Position numbers and translations under genes: made by a program. 64,000 nucleotides of DNA from Nanobdellota archaeon (GTDB taxonomy: Archaea > Nanobdellota > Nanobdellia > UBA10117 > ARS21), in assembly GCA_014240455.1 (NCBI GenBank), contig JAAZWY010000001.1, positions 9,050 through 73,049 of the forward strand. Direction: 5' to 3'. A model generated the notes under the pieces. That model was not told where the DNA came from. It worked only from the letters and a program-made list of their open reading frames with translations, and made no database searches. Each line of letters begins with the position of its first letter. Position 1 is the stretch's first letter. Of the stretch, positions 36,740-46,311 are shown piece by piece.

Positions 36740-37726
36740 TTATTCCTTATCAGATTGATTATCTGAAGATGATTCCTCTTCTTGAGGCGTTTCTGATTCA
36801 GCAGTCTCAGCTGCTTCTTTTGATTCGGTTTCTTCTACTTTATCTTCTTTTTGGTCTTCTACTGGAAGAGCTCCAACTTTATCTTTTAATGCTGAAGCTT
36901 CTGCATCAGCTTTTGATAGTACCAAATCCTTTACTTTGTCTGTAAGAATTCCTTGTGAATAAGCAAGTTTCATTGCATCCATTTCTGCATTTCGAAGCAT
37001 AATTTCTGCAGTTTCTTTGTTGATTAATCCAGTTCCAACTGCAAGTTTCAATGCGTCAATATGTAATGATTTAATTTGAGCGATTAATTCATCTGAATCT
37101 ACATCTAATTCAGATCTCATAAAGATTGTACCATCTTCTAATGCTGCAACTAAATTTAATCCAATCTTCATTGGTTTAATATCTAGTCTTTCTAGTAATG
37201 CTGCAAGTTGTGCTGAAATAATATCACCTTCTTTTGCAACTTCTGAATCCGCTTTAATCTCAATTTTTCCTGCATTAATTCCCGCTTTGATACCAACATC
37301 ACCAAGTTCTCCAAGGATTGGACCTGGAGCAAAGTTAGTCATTCCTGCTGGAACAATAATATTGAAAGGTGCTTCTTGTCCGCCCTTTGCAGCTGAAGGA
37401 GACATGTTAGATTTTAATAGTGCCCATAATGAAAATGCATCTAATTCTGAAGTTATAATTGCAGGCATTCCTTTGAAGTGTTGGATAAGCTCTGCTGCTT
37501 TATCTCTTCCTGAACTTTCTAATGCTCTAGACATTAGAGTTTTTCGAGACATAAGAATATTCACCTTTGGGTCGATTTTTTCTTTGATAACTTGAAGTTG
37601 TCGTGATGGAAGATCTTTCATGTTAAGAACTGCAACAGTATTTGCACCTTTAATGTTTTCAGCCATGGATTTGATTAACTCTTTCTTCCAACTTGCTGCC
37701 TTTGTTTTGTATGCTGTTTCTGCCAT
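36740..37726 (-). CDS. rpl10: 50S ribosomal protein P0 (L10)
   Basis: 328 aa, L10 N-domain, acidic C-terminal tail. Confidence 0.85.
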   Translation of the reverse strand: MAETAYKTKAASWKKELIKSMAENIKGANTVAVLNMKDLPSRQLQVIKEKIDPKVNILMSRKTLMSRALESSGRDKAAELIQHFKGMPAIITSELDAFSLWALLKSNMSPSAAKGGQEAPFNIIVPAGMTNFAPGPILGELGDVGIKAGINAGKIEIKADSEVAKEGDIISAQLAALLERLDIKPMKIGLNLVAALEDGTIFMRSELDVDSDELIAQIKSLHIDALKLAVGTGLINKETAEIMLRNAEMDAMKLAYSQGILTDKVKDLVLSKADAEASALKDKVGALPVEDQKEDKVEETESKEAAETAESETPQEEESSSDNQSDKE

Positions 37727-38367
37727 TATATGTTCACCTTCTTTGACATTGTAGATTTTACGTAGACTTTGCCTAGATTATTTCTTCCGTTTGGTAAAGC
37801 GTGTTCAACTGCACCTACAACTTTGATTATGTTTGCTGCCAATTCTTCATCCTTTTGATCTTCATAACCAATAGAACATTGGAATACTGGTGCTTTGTTT
37901 GCCACCAATCTCACTGTGTCTCTTAATTTTGTTACAATAGGTTCTAAGTTTGCCTTTGGTGGAACAATTGCTCCAGCCCTTGGACTTGGCATGCGATTGA
38001 TTGGACCGAAATATCGACCGAAAACTTGAGCGATTTGCGGCATCATATCTGCTTGAGCTATGAAATAATCAAATTCTCGAGCAAGTTTTTTAATTTCTCG
38101 AGGTTTCTTCCATTTTTCGAAATTAGAAGATAAAATAACTTTGTCAGCTGCCTTTGCACCTGCTTCAGATTCGTTACCAACTAAAGCACAAATTTTAGCT
38201 TTCTTAGTTTTTCCTGAAGGAAGTCTGACAAATTCTTCAATTTTACCTTGTTTGTTCATGTCAATATCTTTCAGAGTAATTATAATATCAATAGATTGTG
38301 AGAAATTTCTCTTAGAAGTAATTTTTCTTAATTCTGTTAATGATTTTTTTATAGATTGTTCATCCAT
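37726..38367 (-). CDS. rpl1: 50S ribosomal protein L1
   Basis: 213 aa, L1 two-domain pattern. Confidence 0.85.
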   Translation of the reverse strand: MDEQSIKKSLTELRKITSKRNFSQSIDIIITLKDIDMNKQGKIEEFVRLPSGKTKKAKICALVGNESEAGAKAADKVILSSNFEKWKKPREIKKLAREFDYFIAQADMMPQIAQVFGRYFGPINRMPSPRAGAIVPPKANLEPIVTKLRDTVRLVANKAPVFQCSIGYEDQKDEELAANIIKVVGAVEHALPNGRNNLGKVYVKSTMSKKVNI

Positions 38368-38435
38368 TTCGCTTACGCTCCTACCTAAGTAGTAATATGA
38401 GCTAATTATTCGGATTTATAAAGATTGTTATTCGA

Positions 38436-40562
38436 TTAAGGCCTCATTGAGTAACTTAACGAATCTAAGTACTTTGTACCTGCTTCAGTAACAACTTTGT
38501 AGAAGGGTAAATATGTGAGCTTTTTTGCACGAACTTCGAGTCCTTTGGATTTCAAAAATTCTACAACCTTACTTTCAGGAATTTTTGGAGGTCGTTTTTC
38601 TCCTTGAAGATTGAGATATTTCGGTTTTAGTATGAAGTTTAGATTTTTTGGATTAAATGAAGCGCTTTTTTCTGAAATTATTTTATTCTCAACTTGAATT
38701 GAACCTTGTCTAACTAGAGATTTTAGGATACTATCGACTTCACTGAAACTTAATCCTGATTTTACAAATACCTCGGAGAGTGGAGTTTTAGGTTTCTCCT
38801 TAATTAAATTCATAATTTTTTGCTGATTTCCTGAAAGTGACGGAGCTGTACCACCAAGACTAATTCTCTTTAGTGAACGATTTAGATGAAGTGCGCTGAA
38901 TTTTTCAAGATCAAAAACCAAATGATAATTGTTTCCTGATTTTTCACAAATCGTACTTAATACTGGTTTCATTACGAAAGAGAGGGATTTGATTGGAGAT
39001 TTTTCGATAGTTTCAATTTCTTTTTTTGAAATCCGAGGTTCGAAGATACTTAATTGTGAAACTGTTGCGGTATGTTGAGGTGCGCTTCTTGCGACTGCAG
39101 TCTGTTGAGTTTTTGCAGGAAATTGAACTGTCGCTTGTTTTCCCTCTTTTGAGAAATTTGCACGCTTTGCCTCAGAAATATCAAATGATTTTGAAGTACC
39201 ACCATGTAAAGACTTTCTTACTCGAATGTCCACGAAAATTGGAAAATCTGTTGCACCAATCACCATTGCCTTTCCAATTGGAAGATTTCTAATTTCACTT
39301 TCGGCCTCAGAAGTTACGCCTTCAAAAGAACGAGAAATTGCTGCCAAGTCAGAAGGGTTTGTAACTTGTAATGCAATTTGACTACTACATTGAGATAAAA
39401 CAGATTTATCAACTCTTGCAGGTCTTTGAGAAATTATACATATACCGAGCCCGAATTTACGACCTTCTGACGCTATTGTTCTTATTATTTTTGATGACTT
39501 GGCCTCTCCAAAACCTCGTTCAGGACAATAGTTATGTGCTTCATCAATAATCAAAAACCCTGGAGGAATTTGTTCCAGTTTACGCTCCTCAAACATGTTT
39601 GTTAAAAGACTTCGTGTAACAATTTCTTGAATCTCTTGAGATGCGCCTTTGAAATTTATGATTGTTAATTGTCCTGGTTTTATAATTTCATTAATTGGAG
39701 TTGCGTTATGACTAAATAATCCACTCTGTTCAAGTTGTTGTATTCCTCCAATAAGTCTCCACTTAGCAGTTGATTCAGCAATTTCAAGCTCTTTGATTAA
39801 TTCGTCAAATTCAAATCTACCTTTCCTTTCTACTAAATCATTTATGACATTGTATAGTAATCCTCGCTGAGCATCTGTTGCTTTGAACGGAAGAGTTTCA
39901 GTTAATACAAAAGGATCATTTGGAATTTTTAGGCGAATCTGATGAGCGTCAATATTTATTGAAGTGTTTACTGCGAATTCCATGAGTTTATCACCATAGG
40001 CTTTAGCCTGAATTCCATAATGCTCGAAATAATCTGTTTCTTTTTTGTTGTTGTTTGGACTTTTTATTGAAGAATATTCTCCGTGAGGATCAATAATTAC
40101 TACTGGAACTCCCAAATCTAATATTTCTTCGAGAATTACACCTACAGCATAAGATTTACCTGCTCCCGATTTTGCTAAAACTGCCAAATGTTTTGTTATT
40201 AATTTTTTTGGGTCAAGAAAGGCCTTGATTGATTTTCCTTGCAATCTTCCAAGATATACTCCGTTCATCCTCAAATCCAATATACTCTTAATTAGATTAT
40301 CTTCAGCGATAGATACTTCAGCTCCGGGTGCAAAAGGTGTTCTTGGTTGTCGTAAAAATCCTCGTTCAGTTCTGTGACCAATAATTGCACAACTTGCATA
40401 AGTCATATTATCTACTTTCTCAACCTCTACGACTTGATTTAAAACTGGACCAACTTCTGGATGATTAACTTCAACATAATCCCATTTATTTACAAGACTT
40501 TTTACTAAGAATTTGAAGCTGGTAGTTGATGTTCTACCTGAAACAGTACCAATGGCTGCCAT
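38436..40562 (-). CDS. HerA/FtsK-superfamily (DUF87-like) ATPase with about 230-aa C-terminal extension containing a winged-helix motif
   Basis: N-terminal HAS-barrel-like region, Walker A LAKSGAGKSY, Walker B FLIIDEAHNY, arginine-finger region. C-terminal QQKIMNLIKEKPKTPLSEVFVKSGLSFSEVDSILKSLVRQGSIQV is wHTH-like. Confidence 0.65.
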   Translation of the reverse strand: MAAIGTVSGRTSTTSFKFLVKSLVNKWDYVEVNHPEVGPVLNQVVEVEKVDNMTYASCAIIGHRTERGFLRQPRTPFAPGAEVSIAEDNLIKSILDLRMNGVYLGRLQGKSIKAFLDPKKLITKHLAVLAKSGAGKSYAVGVILEEILDLGVPVVIIDPHGEYSSIKSPNNNKKETDYFEHYGIQAKAYGDKLMEFAVNTSINIDAHQIRLKIPNDPFVLTETLPFKATDAQRGLLYNVINDLVERKGRFEFDELIKELEIAESTAKWRLIGGIQQLEQSGLFSHNATPINEIIKPGQLTIINFKGASQEIQEIVTRSLLTNMFEERKLEQIPPGFLIIDEAHNYCPERGFGEAKSSKIIRTIASEGRKFGLGICIISQRPARVDKSVLSQCSSQIALQVTNPSDLAAISRSFEGVTSEAESEIRNLPIGKAMVIGATDFPIFVDIRVRKSLHGGTSKSFDISEAKRANFSKEGKQATVQFPAKTQQTAVARSAPQHTATVSQLSIFEPRISKKEIETIEKSPIKSLSFVMKPVLSTICEKSGNNYHLVFDLEKFSALHLNRSLKRISLGGTAPSLSGNQQKIMNLIKEKPKTPLSEVFVKSGLSFSEVDSILKSLVRQGSIQVENKIISEKSASFNPKNLNFILKPKYLNLQGEKRPPKIPESKVVEFLKSKGLEVRAKKLTYLPFYKVVTEAGTKYLDSLSYSMRP

Positions 40563-40657
40563 GTGTAATTTTTTTAATAGTTATATAAAAGCGTGTGTAT
40601 GGAAAATTGGTTATTTACAGTACAAACAGTTTAATAACCGTAAAATAATATTTTTAC

Positions 40658-41278
40658 ATGATTAAAGTATTGGTTTTTGATTTTTCTGGAGTATTATATG
40701 GTTCAAGATTTGAAATGCTAACAAAATCACTTATTGATATTGTACCTGGACTTGAAAGTGATAAAATTATTGAGACTTTTTACAATAAATATAATGAATA
40801 TAAATTGGGCAAGCTAACTGAACCAACTTTCTGGAGTGAAGTTTTTTCAATACTTGAAGTACCTCGAGATAAGGTTTCAAAAATAACTAAGATCGTTTTT
40901 GATAAAGGAATATTTACTGAAAACAAATATCTTCTTTCTCAGATTGAAAAACTTTCCAAAAACTACAAAATTGCAGTTCTTTCAAACAGCTCAAGAGAAA
41001 TGGAATGGATATTTGACGAATCAAATTACTATGGCTTTTTTGATGAATTCTTTTGGAGCCATAATTTTGGATCACGTAAACCTGCTGAAAAGTTCTATAA
41101 TGCAGTTTTAGAAAAATATAAAGTAAAACCCTCTGAGATTTTATTCTTTGATGACAAAGTAAGAAATACTTTAGCAGCAGATGAACTTGGTTGGAATACA
41201 GTAATATTTACTCCAGAAATTTATAAAAGTGAAGAATTGTTTTTGAAAGAATTGGAAAAGTTTGGAGTTACGTTCTAA
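40658..41278 (+). CDS. HAD-superfamily hydrolase
   Basis: Motif I VLVFDFSGVLY (DxD-like variant), motif III K, motif IV FFDDKVRN. Confidence 0.55.
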   Translation: MIKVLVFDFSGVLYGSRFEMLTKSLIDIVPGLESDKIIETFYNKYNEYKLGKLTEPTFWSEVFSILEVPRDKVSKITKIVFDKGIFTENKYLLSQIEKLSKNYKIAVLSNSSREMEWIFDESNYYGFFDEFFWSHNFGSRKPAEKFYNAVLEKYKVKPSEILFFDDKVRNTLAADELGWNTVIFTPEIYKSEELFLKELEKFGVTF

Positions 41279-41942
41279 TCAAGCTTACAACTTTGTTTTC
41301 ATAACTTAAGTTGTGCGAGAAGAAGATTGGGATAAAATTACCTTTTAGGAATTCACCAGGTTTTACGGACACTGCTGCATTGTTTATATTTCTAAGAAAA
41401 CGTTCAGATTTGGAAATTGGTTTACGTATAGTTACAATACGTGTTTTGTAACCAACTTTCTTGAACATTTTATTAACAAACTCCGTACAAAAATATGCGT
41501 CTTGCTTTTTCGAAAAACTAAAATCGTAAGGTTTACCAATTTCAAGTTTTGCATTTTTAATTAAGTCTGATTTTAATTTTCCTTTCAAGTTACTACGCAG
41601 GATAACTAGCGTATCATATCTCTTGTAAATGTTTAACATTCTTTCACAAAAGACACCATCCTCGCCCATTGCATGAATTACTTTTTTTCCGCCCATGTAG
41701 AGCGCTGCATGAGTTATCGGTTCGTTTATTATTTTTGAATATGCAGTACGTAGATTCCCTAATAGAAGAATATCTCCTTTTCTAAGTTTCCTTTTTGATA
41801 TTTTAATATCCTTTTTTGTCAACAAATTTCCTCGCTGAGTAACAACCGCACCAAATATATTGAATACAAAATTATCATATAATCTCTTAACTTTGCTCCT
41901 ACGGTCGGGGAACTTTTTAATTGAAGAAATCATTTTATCCAA
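41268..41942 (-). CDS. Permuted papain-fold (YiiX/DUF830-like, NlpC/P60 superfamily) amidase/peptidase
   Basis: His-before-Cys order: ITHAALYMGGKKVIHAMGEDGV then CTEFVNKMF, matching the permuted catalytic arrangement of that family. Confidence 0.5.
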   Translation of the reverse strand: MDKMISSIKKFPDRRSKVKRLYDNFVFNIFGAVVTQRGNLLTKKDIKISKRKLRKGDILLLGNLRTAYSKIINEPITHAALYMGGKKVIHAMGEDGVFCERMLNIYKRYDTLVILRSNLKGKLKSDLIKNAKLEIGKPYDFSFSKKQDAYFCTEFVNKMFKKVGYKTRIVTIRKPISKSERFLRNINNAAVSVKPGEFLKGNFIPIFFSHNLSYENKVVSLIRT

Positions 41943-42916
41943 TTAACCTCTACTTGATCCGTTCTCCATTTTCCATCTACTTTAGTTTCTGAAATTTTTT
42001 GTCTTTTTCCAGCAGAATATTCAATAATTCCTTGCCAGGCAATCATCGCACCCTGATCTCCCGAAAGTGCTCTTGGACATACTTCAAATTTCACTCCTCG
42101 AGCCTTACACATTTTTTCAAGCATTTGTGTTAATCTTTTATTTGCCGCAACTCCGCCCGTTAAAAGTACTTCATTTTTTCCGATGTGTGCGACAGCGCGT
42201 TCTGTTGCTTCAGTTAACATTGCGAAAACAGTTTCCTGTGTTGAGAATGCCAAATCTTTATTTGAATGTTTTTTACTTTCAACTAATTGCCTTACTTTTG
42301 TTTGAACTCCTGAGAAAGAAAAATCCATTCCTTTAATGCTGTATGGAAGTTCAATGTAATTTTTTCCTTTTTCTGCCAGTTTTTCAATTGCAGGTCCACC
42401 CGGAAATCCTGTTCCCATAAATCTTCCAACGGTGTCTAAAAATTTTCCAACACCAATATCAAGAGTTTCTCCGAAAACACGATATCGGTTTCCAGCATAA
42501 GCGATAATTTGAGTGTTTGCTCCTGAAACATAAAGAGTAACTGGATCCTCTAATTTGGTTTTTTGTTTTCCTATCTCGATATGAGCGACACAATGATTTA
42601 CTCCGACTAACGGAATGTTCAAAAGTTTGGATAATGTTCTTGCGGTTACTGCACCAGTTCTTAGAGTTTGTCCCAATCCCGGACCTTGAGCAAATGCGAT
42701 TAAATCAATATCAGAAAGTTTTAGTTTTGCTTCAGTTAACGCGTTTTTAATTAACTCATCACAAAGTAGAATGTGATGGTTGGTTGCCTTGATTGGATGA
42801 ATCCCACCTTTCTCAGTAGTGTACATGCTACGTTGGTTTGCTAACACTTTTCCCTTATCATTTACAATACCAATCCCAAAAGTGTGAGCTGTTGATTCGA
42901 TTCCTAGACAGAGCAT
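41930..42916 (-). CDS. kae1: tRNA N6-adenosine threonylcarbamoyltransferase Kae1 (TsaD family)
   Basis: N-terminus MLCLGIESTAHTFGIGIV, two His metal site (VGVNHCVAH), ASKH-fold length; not fused to Bud32. Confidence 0.85.
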   Translation of the reverse strand: MLCLGIESTAHTFGIGIVNDKGKVLANQRSMYTTEKGGIHPIKATNHHILLCDELIKNALTEAKLKLSDIDLIAFAQGPGLGQTLRTGAVTARTLSKLLNIPLVGVNHCVAHIEIGKQKTKLEDPVTLYVSGANTQIIAYAGNRYRVFGETLDIGVGKFLDTVGRFMGTGFPGGPAIEKLAEKGKNYIELPYSIKGMDFSFSGVQTKVRQLVESKKHSNKDLAFSTQETVFAMLTEATERAVAHIGKNEVLLTGGVAANKRLTQMLEKMCKARGVKFEVCPRALSGDQGAMIAWQGIIEYSAGKRQKISETKVDGKWRTDQVEVNWIK

Positions 42917-43030
42917 AATTCCGTTTGGCTAATGATATTTATAACATCTTTTATTGCCCAATTTGTACTCAGTATAACGATTTAACTCCGAAACCTTTAT
43001 AAACTCAAATTAAATCCAAGCTCTGTTAAG

Positions 43031-43954
43031 ATGAACTTTAAAATAGAAGATCACGCAATAAGTGTATTAAATGATACACCGTATTCAGTATATAATCAGA
43101 ATACTGAAAGTATACCTCTATGGACGGGTAGAAAGATCATTCCACAAATCAACTTAGCTTCAGCTGAAACGATAGTTAATCGAATTGCTAAAGTTGATAG
43201 TACATTAATAAAAGATATTGGTAAAGACAATTTAATTCTAAATCTAAATGAACATGCAAATCGAGCATATAATAAAATTGCTAGACGTGTAAAAGGAGAG
43301 CATGTTGATGAAATTTTAGAACATTTAGAAGGGAGATTACCTTATGTATTTTTACCAGACCTATGTAATAAGCCTTCAAAAGGATCTAAAACTATTGAAG
43401 CATTTTCAGTGGCATCCTTTTTAGCATATCACGATAATCCAACTAATAATGAACAAGTAAATCGTAAGTCCAAAATTACTAATGATCGAAGACATTTCAG
43501 ACGAAATCTTGAAGCTCATTTAGGGTTACATGTATTTAGAGATGAAGAACTTGAAACGATAGTTACTTGTGTTGAAGGGATGTTGCGTAATGACGGATAT
43601 CCTTCAGAAAATGAGAAAGGAATCTTTAGGAAATATACTGGTTTTTTAGAAGAACCAGATGATGTGTTACGAGTTTTATTCGAAGGACAGTTAAATCTTG
43701 ATGGATTTAATTATCTGAGACATGCACAATTTCTTGATGAGAATGGTTTTGCTCAATCCCGAGATGGGCGTGATGCAATATTCATAAATAGATATAATCG
43801 TCCAAATAGTAGAATTATTTCAACAGCAAACAGAGAAACTTCAAAAATGATGAATAGACTTAAGAAGGAAGGATCTAAGTTAGTTAACGGTAAATTATTT
43901 TCTGCAGCTCAGAAACGAGTTATTGCAGATATTATAAAACGAGACCAACTTTAA
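43031..43954 (+). CDS. Hypothetical soluble protein, no recognisable family
   Basis: 307-aa ORF with typical composition, no TM, no motif recognised. Confidence 0.4.
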   Translation: MNFKIEDHAISVLNDTPYSVYNQNTESIPLWTGRKIIPQINLASAETIVNRIAKVDSTLIKDIGKDNLILNLNEHANRAYNKIARRVKGEHVDEILEHLEGRLPYVFLPDLCNKPSKGSKTIEAFSVASFLAYHDNPTNNEQVNRKSKITNDRRHFRRNLEAHLGLHVFRDEELETIVTCVEGMLRNDGYPSENEKGIFRKYTGFLEEPDDVLRVLFEGQLNLDGFNYLRHAQFLDENGFAQSRDGRDAIFINRYNRPNSRIISTANRETSKMMNRLKKEGSKLVNGKLFSAAQKRVIADIIKRDQL

Positions 43955-43957
43955 TTT

Positions 43958-44872
43958 CTATAAAATAAGTGGTAAAATTAATGTAACATCACCTTCAACA
44001 GTAATGTGACTTGCTTCTTTTTTGACTTTACCCCAAGAAATTGCTTCTCTTGTTTGTGCACCACTTAATGAACCATCATATTCTACAGCCGTACTTACTT
44101 GAACAGCATAATCTAATCCATCTCTGAATTGGTTGAACCAAATAACGTGATGTTTTGAAATTCCACCACCAAGCATAATTGCTCCGGCTTTCTTTGCTTC
44201 AGTTACTCTAACGTAGAAATCTTGATCATCTTCGAATAAGTTTAATTTGAAATCTTTATTCATTTGCCAATAATTCCAAAGTTGTGCGCCCCATGCTCCG
44301 TCAAGAGGTCCAGGTAAATAAACTGGAATCTTATTTTTCCAAGCCCAGTAGATTATTGAATCTTCTGCACCCTTTTCATCTTTTATTGCTTCACCGAAAG
44401 CCCAAATTAATTCATGAACTGACCATTCTTTTCTTTCAGCATGAAGTTTCTTGATTATTGGTTGAAGATTATCTTCTAGAACTTCACCATAACATTCATT
44501 TGGAACTAGAACATTTCCAAGTCTGTTGATTCCTTTCTTGTGTAATTCTTTGTCGTTCATCATAAATGAACCTTGGTAATAATCTTTCCACAATCTTGCA
44601 AGATCGTGATCAAGCGTTCCACAAGTTGTCATAATCGCGTCGATCTTTTTATTCTTAACTAAATCTCGAATTAATCCTCGTGTTCCTGTTGAAACAATAC
44701 AAGCAGGATGACTTAAAATTTTAAAACAGTCTTTATCAGATTGCATGTTTTTGATAATTTTTGCGGCCTTTGCAACCTTTGATGCCGAGAATCCACCTGC
44801 CTCAGAAAATTGATTAATTAGTTCTTTGATAGTCGTGTTCTCAGTTATGTTTAAATCTTCAACTGCTTTCAT
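43958..44872 (-). CDS. dys: Deoxyhypusine synthase
   Basis: 304 aa, NAD-binding and catalytic region ...AIMLGGGISKHH... Confidence 0.8.
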   Translation of the reverse strand: MKAVEDLNITENTTIKELINQFSEAGGFSASKVAKAAKIIKNMQSDKDCFKILSHPACIVSTGTRGLIRDLVKNKKIDAIMTTCGTLDHDLARLWKDYYQGSFMMNDKELHKKGINRLGNVLVPNECYGEVLEDNLQPIIKKLHAERKEWSVHELIWAFGEAIKDEKGAEDSIIYWAWKNKIPVYLPGPLDGAWGAQLWNYWQMNKDFKLNLFEDDQDFYVRVTEAKKAGAIMLGGGISKHHVIWFNQFRDGLDYAVQVSTAVEYDGSLSGAQTREAISWGKVKKEASHITVEGDVTLILPLIL

Positions 44873-44905
44873 AGTCTTTCCTAGTAAAGTTATTTAAAAA
44901 CGTGC

Positions 44906-45541
44906 CTATTTGACCTTTCTTAATATTGCATAATATTGATTACCTTGAAAATTTCCATTAGTTTTAGGCATAACTTCATCCATAATCTTAAATAAATCTT
45001 GAGATTTTATGGCAGTATAAGAGTTAGTTAATGCTTCAACTTTTCTTTCAAAAAAAGTTGAATTAAAATTAGAAGAATCTTTATTTAATTTATCACTGAA
45101 CCAACCTTGTGGTGTCGGCGTCGGTTCGAAAATAATGAAATAACCGTCAGATTTTAATGAGTTATATACATTCTCAAATGCATCCTCTTTATTTTCTTCA
45201 AAATGTAATGAGTTAGATGAAATTATAATATCAAATTCTTGGTCAAAAGGTATATCTGCGAATTTCCCAACTTTAAAAGTGACTCTATCTTCAAGGCTTA
45301 AATTTTGAATATTTTCTTTTGCAAGTTTTATAGACTCAGGATCCGGATCAATACCGTACCAATGATTTACAAATTTACTTAAATGAATAGCAAGTCTTCC
45401 AGTTCCACATCCAAGGTCAAGTATATCTTTATTTTCTAATGAAATATATTTTTCAATAATTGATTTATATTTTTTAGTAAGTTCAGGATCAATAGTTGTT
45501 TTATCAGTATAATCAACGTAAAAATGTTTAGGATTGTTCAT
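44906..45541 (-). CDS. Class I SAM-dependent methyltransferase; start moved to an internal ATG so it abuts the S27ae stop
   Basis: Motif I ILDLGCGTGRL. ORF-track start 45643 would overlap S27ae by 100 nt; internal MNNPKHF start at 45541 is 1 nt after the S27ae stop. Confidence 0.65.
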   Translation of the reverse strand: MNNPKHFYVDYTDKTTIDPELTKKYKSIIEKYISLENKDILDLGCGTGRLAIHLSKFVNHWYGIDPDPESIKLAKENIQNLSLEDRVTFKVGKFADIPFDQEFDIIISSNSLHFEENKEDAFENVYNSLKSDGYFIIFEPTPTPQGWFSDKLNKDSSNFNSTFFERKVEALTNSYTAIKSQDLFKIMDEVMPKTNGNFQGNQYYAILRKVK

Positions 45542-45542
45542 T

Positions 45543-45743
45543 TTATTCAGAAGGTTTTTCTTCTTGTTTTTGATTTTCAGTTTCTGTGTGCCCAGTCGCA
45601 CCACAATGTTTTCTGTCTTTGTGTACTGCCATAAACAAACCATTGTCTTTTGGTGATCGAGGATTCTTTCTGATTAATTGTCCGTCTTTGACTTCGTAGA
45701 GTTTCCATCTTTGATATGCTGCTTTCTTTTCGTCGTCCGCCAT
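45543..45743 (-). CDS. rps27ae: 30S ribosomal protein S27ae (eS31)
   Basis: GLFMAVHKDRKHCGATG matches the S27a zinc-ribbon-containing core. Confidence 0.7.
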   Translation of the reverse strand: MADDEKKAAYQRWKLYEVKDGQLIRKNPRSPKDNGLFMAVHKDRKHCGATGHTETENQKQEEKPSE

Positions 45744-46162
45744 TATTCTGTTGATTCCTCTTCTTTTGTTTCTTCAGATTCAGTTTCTGCTTCAGCAACT
45801 TCTTCTTTAGGTGTTTCAGCTGCAGCTTTTTCTTCAGCTTTCTTAGCCTTGGCTTCTTCAGCCGCTTTCTTTTCTGCTTCAAATGCTTTTTCTCTCCGAG
45901 CAGCGAAGTGTTTATTTTCAATCTTTGAAATTACTTCTGCGTTGTCGTAGATATAGAATTTTGCTAAGCTTTTGTTTGATCCGAATCCAGTTTTCATTTT
46001 CTTCAGAACAATTTGCTCAGCTGGAGCTTTGAATTTAACTGACATGAATTTGTATAATTCTGCACGAGAAGGAGTTTGAGATTTATTGTGATCAATTTCC
46101 AGATTAATCTCTTTACGTGAGAACAATTTATTTTCTGTTTCTTGTAATACTTTTGTTTTCAT
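45743..46162 (-). CDS. rps24e: 30S ribosomal protein S24e
   Basis: S24e N-terminal pattern ...FSRKEINLEIDH...PSRAELYKFMS...KTGFGSNKSLAKFYIYD. Acidic/Lys-rich C-terminal extension. Confidence 0.75.
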   Translation of the reverse strand: MKTKVLQETENKLFSRKEINLEIDHNKSQTPSRAELYKFMSVKFKAPAEQIVLKKMKTGFGSNKSLAKFYIYDNAEVISKIENKHFAARREKAFEAEKKAAEEAKAKKAEEKAAAETPKEEVAEAETESEETKEEESTE

Positions 46163-46308
46163 TATCTTAATCCGTATTCTCCAGGTTTAGAGATTTTAGC
46201 TTTTTTAGCTATTTCTGATTCTTCAGGATGAAATACAACCAATCTACCTTTCCAAGTTTCTGATTCTTTCAATCCTTTTGCGATTATTGGTAATTTTTTC
46301 TTTGCCAT
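46162..46308 (-). CDS. spt4: Spt4/RpoE''-like protein lacking the zinc ribbon (48 aa; not in the ORF track because <60 aa)
   Basis: Manual translation: MAKKKLPIIAKGLKESETWKGRLVVFHPEESEIAKKAKISKPGEYGLR. Second half matches the archaeal Spt4 C-terminal SE.W.G.LIVI.PEKSEIAKK.GI...G.YAL. Start is 3 nt after the rpoE' stop and the stop overlaps the S24e start. Confidence 0.6.
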   Translation of the reverse strand: MAKKKLPIIAKGLKESETWKGRLVVFHPEESEIAKKAKISKPGEYGLR

Positions 46309-46311
46309 TTT

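Noticed and set aside
45577-45921. 114-aa Lys-rich ORF on the minus strand
   Set aside because: Alternative frame across the S27ae/S24e genes; low-complexity poly-K product from AAG/AAA-rich codons of the real genes.
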